Below, piece by piece: positions 57,207-64,000 of a stretch of DNA of 64,000 nt (its first letter is position 1; each line of letters starts with the position of its first letter). The stretch comes from Candidatus Levyibacteriota bacterium (GTDB lineage Bacteria; Patescibacteriota; Microgenomatia; Levybacterales; UBA12049), in the NCBI GenBank assembly GCA_029260965.1, contig JAJDCG010000001.1, positions 20,803 through 84,802 of the forward strand. Direction: 5' to 3'. Under the pieces are notes generated by a model. That model saw nothing but the letters and a program-made list of their open reading frames with translations, searched no databases and was not told where the DNA came from. The translations under genes and the position numbers were made by a program.

Positions 57207-58691
57207 ATGGATGATGAAGAAAGACAGGATGACGCTCCTGAAGAGGAACCCCAGGATGAAGATGGCGAAAACGATCAAGGAGTTAGCCAACCTGGTGCTC
57301 CAGGTCGTGGGGCCCGTGTATCACAAAAGGGTGGCAGAATAAAAAATGCTCTTAAAGAAGGTGCAAGGGGACTCAGCAAGGGTAAGGGAAAAAACGCAGC
57401 AACAGACGCATTGAAAGGATTCAGGCATGGCAGTATAAACAAAGATGATGAAGACAGTAAACATAAACGACCGTCCCTGAGGCAAATCCGTCGTTTTAGC
57501 AAAATGGCAAAAGGACTTAAGGGCGCAGGTGGCGCAGCTGGTGGAGGAGCAGCAGCTGGTGGAGAAGCAGTAGCAGCAGGCGCAGCAGCAGCTGGTGCAG
57601 GAATGCCTGTTGCATTAATTGTATTAATCGTGGTTTTTGTAATTATTCTGCTTTTTGGCTTTATATTTATGTTTAATAATCCCGAACCCTCAATCCTTTC
57701 AATAACTAAAACTGGCCCAGAAACAGCTTCCTCAGGAGAGGAAATAACTTATCAGATAAATGTCTCATATCCCGACACGGCAGAAAATATAATAATAAAA
57801 GATCGTATTCCTTCTGAAACCGACTATGTATCCTCCTCTCCCTCTGCTAGATTTGACGCTTCTACAAGGACAGCTACGTGGAGCCTAAGCGAGTTTATTT
57901 CCCCTATAAATAATGTGAACACCACTCTAAACATCAGCCTGCGCATAAAAGATGGGCTAACAAATGTCAACATAATCAACCTGTCCGAGGGTGAAGTTAT
58001 TGGTGGCGGAACTGACCCAGGCACCGGAACTCCGACAGGCGATATCGCAAAACTATTGCCCCAACCCCTACCCCCAGACTCTCCCTCGGTTCTAAACCGC
58101 AAATCAGCAGTCATACTATCAACACAAAACACCACGAACAAGGAAGCATACGAAAAAGCCTCTCTAGCCACAGGCTTACCCTGGCAGGTTTTTGCAGGCA
58201 TACACTACAGAGAGGGAGGGGCTGCTCCAAACAAATCTATTGTCAGTGGTAGAACTATTGGCTCCCGAGAACCAGATGTTGAAAATGGACCAGGGTGCAG
58301 CGTGCATAATACAAAAGGAGCTACTGATGGTCTTGCTGAAAAACTCAGCAGTGGGGGCTGTGGTTTTAGTTCTCTTGCTGATTCAGCAATCTATGCAGGA
58401 ATTCTTTTGAAAAAAAAGGTTAACGGTAACCTGAATAGCTACGAGGACCTTGTAAAAGCTTTGTCAAGATACAATGGCGGTGGTAACGCAAACTGTGGAA
58501 AGACACCCTATACTGGTTGTCCAAAACTCTTCTACGGAGAAGACGACACTTATGTCGTAAACCTTTTTGATGAAAAGCACGCAACTATGTATGTTGTTTA
58601 TTGTGCTGATCACACCTTGTGTAATCCTCCCAAAACAGACTCTCGACCAGGCGCAGCAACAGCTATAAAATGGGTTTCGCAGTCAAATTAA
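57207..58691 (+). CDS. Membrane-anchored DUF11 plus lysozyme-like peptidoglycan hydrolase
   Basis: Ala/Gly run then TM; ITKTGP..GEEITY..D.IP; LPWQVFAGIHYRE and ALSRYNGG. Confidence 0.75.
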   Translation: MDDEERQDDAPEEEPQDEDGENDQGVSQPGAPGRGARVSQKGGRIKNALKEGARGLSKGKGKNAATDALKGFRHGSINKDDEDSKHKRPSLRQIRRFSKMAKGLKGAGGAAGGGAAAGGEAVAAGAAAAGAGMPVALIVLIVVFVIILLFGFIFMFNNPEPSILSITKTGPETASSGEEITYQINVSYPDTAENIIIKDRIPSETDYVSSSPSARFDASTRTATWSLSEFISPINNVNTTLNISLRIKDGLTNVNIINLSEGEVIGGGTDPGTGTPTGDIAKLLPQPLPPDSPSVLNRKSAVILSTQNTTNKEAYEKASLATGLPWQVFAGIHYREGGAAPNKSIVSGRTIGSREPDVENGPGCSVHNTKGATDGLAEKLSSGGCGFSSLADSAIYAGILLKKKVNGNLNSYEDLVKALSRYNGGGNANCGKTPYTGCPKLFYGEDDTYVVNLFDEKHATMYVVYCADHTLCNPPKTDSRPGAATAIKWVSQSN

Positions 58692-58727
58692 ATTGTTATT
58701 GTCGTTTGTTTTTAATAAACTAGAACT

Positions 58728-59291
58728 ATGTATGCTTTAAAAGGTAAGTTTATTCTTTTTGCTTTAGCTATTATTCTCATAATAATCTTGACTGTTCTTG
58801 TGTTTTTTTCTTTTTCACAAACAGACAATCAAGACGACACAGGAACCACGCCCATAAAACAAACGGGTTCGGAAAACAAAATTCCTGCTTTTAAAACAAT
58901 CACCAACATACCAACAACTACTGAAGGCATAGACGAAAACTCTATAGAAGTAAAAAATTCGATTAAAGAGATAGAAAATCTCTATCCACACTTACCATAT
59001 TCTGAAGAACTCGTCTCATCCACAGGAGTAGATCTATCAATACTCATTCCTTCCAGGGAGTTTCAAACAAACAGTTTTACTTTGTCTGTTGAGGTATTTG
59101 GAATTGACTATAACATGCCTGTTGATGATCCTAATTACAGCAATATGCAAGCCTCTTTTCTGGAAGGAGCAGAGAAAATTTTTTCATTCATAAAAAGCAA
59201 GAATGTTGATCCCAAAAAAATTATCTTCTCCTGGGGTGATCGATTGTTTATACAGGAAAGGGCACAGGAGTGGTTAAAGGATGTTCAATAA
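58728..59291 (+). CDS. Single-TM extracytoplasmic hypothetical protein
   Basis: N-terminal TM then acidic globular domain. Confidence 0.75.
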   Translation: MYALKGKFILFALAIILIIILTVLVFFSFSQTDNQDDTGTTPIKQTGSENKIPAFKTITNIPTTTEGIDENSIEVKNSIKEIENLYPHLPYSEELVSSTGVDLSILIPSREFQTNSFTLSVEVFGIDYNMPVDDPNYSNMQASFLEGAEKIFSFIKSKNVDPKKIIFSWGDRLFIQERAQEWLKDVQ

Positions 59292-59294
59292 ATT

Positions 59295-59993
59295 ATGAAG
59301 AAAATATCTGTTTTTATCATCACATTAATTTTTGTTTTCGTGAGTCTTTTTTTGCCGCTTAAAAGCTTTGCACAAAGCTCTGTAAGTTGTTGGGTAACTA
59401 AAATAGGCACTCCTAGTGAAGAAGCTGTGCTCCCTTTTCCATGTAGGGGAGCCGAAGATATCAATGGGCTGATTTATCCCCAACCATTAACAAAACACCC
59501 GACTAGAGCCGGCTATTATCAACTTCCCCCTTCTACTGATGGTTCTTACCGTATTGAGACGTGTCCTGGGCAATCATGGGGCTCACAGGAGTTGGTGGGC
59601 GTACTCTATACTGTTGCTAAAAGATGGAAAGAACTACACCCTAGAGGAAGATTAAACATAGGTGATTTGAACGCTTTTGGTCATAAATCACACAACTGGG
59701 GACGTGCAGTAGACCTTGACGCAACCACAACAGGTTCAGATTGGGTTGCTGACTTCACAAAGGGCAATTACAACAGGAGTGCAACAATTGAACTTGGCAA
59801 GCTGTTTGTGGATACGAATCTAATTTTAAATATTTGGTATAATGATCAAGCCGTAAACAATGAGGTATTGGCCTATTCAAGAGCTACAGGAAAGTCTTTA
59901 GGAATGAATATGAAACCCATAGTTGGACACAACAATCATTTCCATGTCGACATCAACACAGAAAAGCTTGGTTTTTGGGTTCCGGGATGTTAA
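59295..59993 (+). CDS. Secreted MepA-like (LAS family) murein endopeptidase
   Basis: Signal peptide SFA/Q, IGDL, HKSHNWGRAVD (HxxxxxxD), HNNHFH (HxH). Confidence 0.82.
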   Translation: MKKISVFIITLIFVFVSLFLPLKSFAQSSVSCWVTKIGTPSEEAVLPFPCRGAEDINGLIYPQPLTKHPTRAGYYQLPPSTDGSYRIETCPGQSWGSQELVGVLYTVAKRWKELHPRGRLNIGDLNAFGHKSHNWGRAVDLDATTTGSDWVADFTKGNYNRSATIELGKLFVDTNLILNIWYNDQAVNNEVLAYSRATGKSLGMNMKPIVGHNNHFHVDINTEKLGFWVPGC

Positions 59994-59995
59994 AT

Positions 59996-60595
59996 ATGAG
60001 AAATTTTATAATAAAATATAGGTTTTTTTTAATCCCCATTGTCCCTCTTTTATTCGTTTTTTTTATGTTTTATTTTATAATATCCAACTCGCCAGCTCCA
60101 CACTCAAACACAGTACCCTCTCAAGCACCCAATAACTCAGACAACACAATACAAACAGATCAACAACTAGTTAATGATTTTGACGTACTTGAAGGAAACG
60201 AAGAACCAATTGGCACAGAAGGTCTAATACGTACAGAGAGTCTTTCTGATGGTACTGAAAAAAAATATTTTTTATCTTCTGTTCCTGGTCGGGAGAGAAT
60301 AATAACAACCAAAGGAAAAGATAATATTATTTTTGAATCCATACCTATAGGTGCAGATTTTTCTGTGAATTTAAATGACTTCACACAGGTATATGGTGAT
60401 GCGCGTTTTGTTTTCCTGGGATCTTCTTTTTATGGAGGATCTGCAGAAACTCACATCTACGCGGACGAGGGTATTGCTATAATCGTAAACCCTGCAACAG
60501 GACAGGTTTATGAGCAGCATGTTTTCATACCGGTTAGAACAGAGGATTATGTGAGGCTCTTTGGAGAAGATATCTCTTCTAGTTCTGGACCCTGA
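59996..60595 (+). CDS. Single-TM extracytoplasmic hypothetical protein
   Basis: N-terminal TM, 2 nt after upstream stop, acidic domain. Confidence 0.75.
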   Translation: MRNFIIKYRFFLIPIVPLLFVFFMFYFIISNSPAPHSNTVPSQAPNNSDNTIQTDQQLVNDFDVLEGNEEPIGTEGLIRTESLSDGTEKKYFLSSVPGRERIITTKGKDNIIFESIPIGADFSVNLNDFTQVYGDARFVFLGSSFYGGSAETHIYADEGIAIIVNPATGQVYEQHVFIPVRTEDYVRLFGEDISSSSGP

Positions 60596-61688
60596 CTGGC
60601 ATTATTAAATGAAGATATGAGTTGTCATCTTTTATTTTAAAAACACCGGGATTAAGCGGCCCCGTCATTTCAAAAATCATGTCTTCCTCCTCCACCCCCC
60701 CCAATATATCTTGTAAATATCTTGCGTTAAATGCTATTTCATTTTCTTCTCCACTTAATTTCGCATCTACTTCTACAGAATTTTCTCCTGTTTGTGGAGT
60801 ATGAGAAGAAATTATAATTTTGTCTTTTGACAATGACATTTTTATTATATTTGCGCTGTCTCTAGCAAAAATAGAACATATTTTAACAGCCCTCTGCATC
60901 TCTTCCCTGTCGAATTCTATTTTGCTTGAAAAATCTGTAGGGATTATTTTTTTATAATCAGGGTATATTGCTTCTATCAACCTACCTATTAGGATTGTTT
61001 TCCCTTGTTCAAAAATAATCTGGCTACTCTCTTTAGACGTGTAAACGTTTATTTCTTCACTGTCTTCTTTTAAGACTAACAATTCTCTGAAAACTCTTGA
61101 TGGTACTATGATATTTTCTGTTTCTTCCTCATTGCTGCCTTTTATTTTGTGGTGTTTTAATGAAAGCCTGTAACCGTCTGTTGCAACAAGAAGAAATCCT
61201 TCTTCTTCTTTTTTAATCAACACTCCTGATAACGCTGGTCTGGTTGTATCCATACTAGAGGCAAATATGATAGATGAGAAATCTTTTTTTATTAAAACAG
61301 CGTCTAGAGTTGCAATCTTGTTTCCTTTGTTTTTATATAGTTTAGGGAATTCTTCGCTTTTGATTGTTTGAAGAACTGATTTTGTTTTCTTTGTTTTTAT
61401 TATCAATGTTTCTCTGTCCTCCTCTAGAACGATTTCTTCTTCTGAAAGAGATCCTATTAGGTCTATAAATGTCCTTGCTGGTATTGTTACAGAGCCTTCT
61501 TCTTCTGTTGCTGCATCTATATCTACCTCTATTCCAATTTCTAAATCTGTACTTGCTATTCTCAAATTATTTTTTTTTGCTTCTAGGAGGATGTTTAGAA
61601 GAACAGGAAGTTGGCTTTTTGGTGAAACAGCTCGGTTTATAAAAGGTAATTTCTCTTGGAGTTTTTTTATGGATATCTTTGTCTTCAT
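60579..61688 (-). CDS. dnaN: DNA polymerase III beta clamp
   Basis: STDLE, RPALSGV, ATDGYRLS, FNARYL, IMPV. Confidence 0.98.
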   Translation of the reverse strand: MKTKISIKKLQEKLPFINRAVSPKSQLPVLLNILLEAKKNNLRIASTDLEIGIEVDIDAATEEEGSVTIPARTFIDLIGSLSEEEIVLEEDRETLIIKTKKTKSVLQTIKSEEFPKLYKNKGNKIATLDAVLIKKDFSSIIFASSMDTTRPALSGVLIKKEEEGFLLVATDGYRLSLKHHKIKGSNEEETENIIVPSRVFRELLVLKEDSEEINVYTSKESSQIIFEQGKTILIGRLIEAIYPDYKKIIPTDFSSKIEFDREEMQRAVKICSIFARDSANIIKMSLSKDKIIISSHTPQTGENSVEVDAKLSGEENEIAFNARYLQDILGGVEEEDMIFEMTGPLNPGVFKIKDDNSYLHLIMPVRVQN

Positions 61689-61837
61689 ATAATACTTTTT
61701 GTTGTTGTAGTAGTGTATCTGGAAAAGTGGAAAAAAGCAATATTTACCAAATTTTCAGGCATAAAAAAATGTGGATAAAAAGTTGATAAAAATGGGTATA
61801 TCTTGTAGATTAATTTTATTTTTGTAATTATCATAAG
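61689..61837. other. Replication origin oriC (dnaA-dnaN intergenic)
   Basis: Perfect DnaA box TGTGGATAA 61770-78, degenerate boxes, TTG/TAG trio-like run near 61699-61713, AT-rich. Confidence 0.8.
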
Positions 61838-63211
61838 TTATCCCCTAAATAATTTTCTTATCCCTACAATATCCCCAAAATAATCAGTCTTATTGTCCAC
61901 CATATTTTCTATTTTATCCACACCATGCATCACCGTGGTGTGATCCCTCCCCCCTAGAATACCCCCCACATCTTTAAGCGTTAGCCCAAGGTCTTTATTA
62001 AGAAGAAACATTGTTATATGTCGTGCTTTTACAAAAGAAGCATCTCTCTTAGCACCCTTTAACTGGGTTGATTTGATTCTGTAAAACTCACAAACAGACT
62101 TTATTATATCTTCTGCGTGGAGATGTTCTCTTTTTTCCTCAAACATACCTCCTATTGCTCGTTCAGCCATCTCCAGTGTTATAGGAGAGTTGGTGGTGGT
62201 TGCTTCAGTGATTATTCTCAATAAAAAACCTTCTAAACTTCTTGTGTCTTCTGCTTTTTCTGCGAGAAACTTGGCGACTTCAATTGGCAGCTCATGTCCA
62301 AATTTTTTTGCCTTTATGAGGAGGATTGCAGTTTTTAATTCAAAGTCGGGGGCTTGTATGTCAACTGCAAGTCCTCCTGCAAAGCGAGAGGAAAGTCTTT
62401 TTTCAAGTTTTTTTATTTCCTGTGGGGGTCTGTCTGAAGAGAGGACGATCTGGGCGCTTTTGTCTATCAATATATTAAACGTATGAAACAGCTCTTCCTG
62501 TACCTTTTCTTTTCCTTCTACAAATTGGATATCGTCAATCAGAAGAAGACTTGCCGACCTAAATCGCCTTTTCATCCTAGCAGTGTCATTGTTTCTTATC
62601 GCCTCAACTACTTCATTGGTAAATTCTTCACTTGTGAGATAGATGATTTTACGATCAGGATTTTTGATATAAACCTCATTAGCAATAGCGTGCATTAGGT
62701 GGGTTTTGCCTACCCCAACAGGGCCATAAATAAAGAGGGGATTGTATGAAGTTCCAGGATTTTTAGCAACAGTAGAGGATGAAACAAATGCTAGTTGATT
62801 GCTTCCAGATACTGCAAAGTTTGAAAATGTATAGTCTGCTCTTACACGAGGAAGATGGCCTATTGTTGGGGAGGATAGTTTTTTTTCATCAGATTCAGGT
62901 GTGAATAGAGGTGTTTTTCCATCGTCATTTCTTTTTTTTACTTTCGCTCCAACCATGGGAGCGCCTGGAACGAATACTACTGATATGTCTGCTTCTCCTG
63001 TATATTTTTCAAGTTTCTTCTCAATATCCTTAACGAGTCTTTCTCGAAGCATGTTGATGATTATTGGGGATGATGTTTTTACAGTTGCAACCCCTTTTTC
63101 AATAGAAGAGAGGACAGCAGGTTTCAAGAGGGTGCCATAATGTCCCTCTGACACAGTGGGCCTAATATCTTCTATGACTTTTTCCCAAACACTGTTTAAA
63201 TCTCGGTTCAT
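61838..63211 (-). CDS. dnaA: Chromosomal replication initiator DnaA
   Basis: YTFSNF, YNPLFIYGPVGVGKTHL, LLIDDIQF, GGRDHTTV. Confidence 0.99.
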   Translation of the reverse strand: MNRDLNSVWEKVIEDIRPTVSEGHYGTLLKPAVLSSIEKGVATVKTSSPIIINMLRERLVKDIEKKLEKYTGEADISVVFVPGAPMVGAKVKKRNDDGKTPLFTPESDEKKLSSPTIGHLPRVRADYTFSNFAVSGSNQLAFVSSSTVAKNPGTSYNPLFIYGPVGVGKTHLMHAIANEVYIKNPDRKIIYLTSEEFTNEVVEAIRNNDTARMKRRFRSASLLLIDDIQFVEGKEKVQEELFHTFNILIDKSAQIVLSSDRPPQEIKKLEKRLSSRFAGGLAVDIQAPDFELKTAILLIKAKKFGHELPIEVAKFLAEKAEDTRSLEGFLLRIITEATTTNSPITLEMAERAIGGMFEEKREHLHAEDIIKSVCEFYRIKSTQLKGAKRDASFVKARHITMFLLNKDLGLTLKDVGGILGGRDHTTVMHGVDKIENMVDNKTDYFGDIVGIRKLFRG

Positions 63212-63241
63212 ATTTCATGGGGCAGGGTTAACATTAAATAA

Positions 63242-63261
63242 TGTGGATAACTTTTTGTCAA
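63242..63261 (-). promoter_or_regulatory. dnaA promoter -35 (TTGACA) with a DnaA box in the spacer
   Basis: Minus strand reads TTGACA-AAAAG-TTATCCACA. Confidence 0.75.
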
Positions 63262-63298
63262 GTAGCACTTTATAAGATCTTGTGGTATACTAACGAGC

Positions 63299-63433
63299 AT
63301 GGAAAGGTTGACCAAGCCCAAGAAAATAAAAAGAAAAAGAAAGCATGGATTCTTAGTCTTAATGAGATCTCATTCAGGGCAAAAACTGCTTCAGAGAAGA
63401 CGGCAGACGGGTAGAAAAAGACTTGCAGTTTAA
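63299..63433 (+). CDS. rpmH: 50S ribosomal protein L34
   Basis: MERLTKPKKIKRKRKHGFLVLMRSHSGQKLLQRRRQTGRKRLAV; canonical position; below ORF-track cutoff. Confidence 0.93.
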   Translation: MERLTKPKKIKRKRKHGFLVLMRSHSGQKLLQRRRQTGRKRLAV

Positions 63434-63442
63434 TGCTAGAAA

Positions 63443-63772
63443 ATGTTAAAGAAGAGCCACCGTTTACCAGCAGGACAACGTCTGAAAAATCCTATTTTTC
63501 AAAACACAACATACTTTCTGCTTAAATATTCAAAAAACAAAAAAGAAGTTAGTAGATTTGCTTTTGTGATAAAAAAGAGTGTGGAAAAAACAGCAGTTGG
63601 CAGAAATAGAGCAAGGAGGGTGTTGAGATCATGCGTTGAAGAGACTCTTGGAGAGATAAAAACAGGATACGATATGATTTTTTTTATTCAAAAAGGTATA
63701 ATAGGCAAGAAGCAAGAGGAAGTCTGTGATCTTTTGAAAAAGCAGATGTTAAAAAACAATTTGATAAAATGA
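63443..63772 (+). CDS. rnpA: Ribonuclease P protein component
   Basis: AVGRNRARR RNR motif, synteny. Confidence 0.93.
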   Translation: MLKKSHRLPAGQRLKNPIFQNTTYFLLKYSKNKKEVSRFAFVIKKSVEKTAVGRNRARRVLRSCVEETLGEIKTGYDMIFFIQKGIIGKKQEEVCDLLKKQMLKNNLIK

Positions 63773-63978
63773 AGCAAGTTTTAATAGTTCTTATAAAAAT
63801 ATATAAAATAACAATTTCGCCAATTTTGGACCAGGTTGTTCAGGTTCATTGTAGGCATGTAGAAACATGCTCAGACTACTCAATGCGAGCGATAAAAGAG
63901 AATGGAGCCTTAAAAGGTTTAATGATTTCTTTTAAAAGATTTTTGAGATGTCAGCCGTTTGCCCAAAAATATGTTTGA
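63769..63978 (+). CDS. yidD: Membrane protein insertion efficiency factor
   Basis: ISP..CR...TCS.Y...R..RCQPF, synteny. Confidence 0.92.
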   Translation: MKQVLIVLIKIYKITISPILDQVVQVHCRHVETCSDYSMRAIKENGALKGLMISFKRFLRCQPFAQKYV

Positions 63979-64000
63979 TACCCTAATTGTAAATCCACTT

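Overview
A 64-kb, AT-rich, gene-dense chromosomal window ending in the replication-origin region (dnaN-oriC-dnaA | rpmH-rnpA-yidD). Gene content and style suggest a Patescibacteria (CPR) genome, most likely Microgenomates; this is an inference, not a database result. The window holds housekeeping genes (mutM, hpt, ftsH, gap, gmk, rpe, rpiB, smpB/ssrA, PBP1A, xer), an nrdR-nrdJ-pduO B12-dependent ribonucleotide reductase operon, a MurL-MurD2 peptidoglycan pair, 8 tRNAs and a dispersed monoderm-type T4SS. The T4SS comprises a VirD4-like and a VirB6-like gene, 3 pilins, PrgI, VirB4 and two wall hydrolases, with its core abutting dnaN. The most unusual signals are: (i) 7-bp tandem tracts and short palindromic elements inserted inside many genes, one of which frameshifts a glycosyltransferase by exactly one repeat unit; (ii) an apparently remodelled translation system, with pervasive leaderless starts, a 69-nt initiator tRNA lacking two of the 3 G-C anticodon pairs, tRNA-Ile(UAU), tRNA-Arg(GCG) and a tmRNA with a 30-aa tag; (iii) an unannotated 6-Cys microprotein closing the RNR operon; (iv) hydrolase/membrane-protein pairs at the end of the T4SS operon that look like effector-immunity modules. 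All calls were made by eye from motifs; no searches were run.
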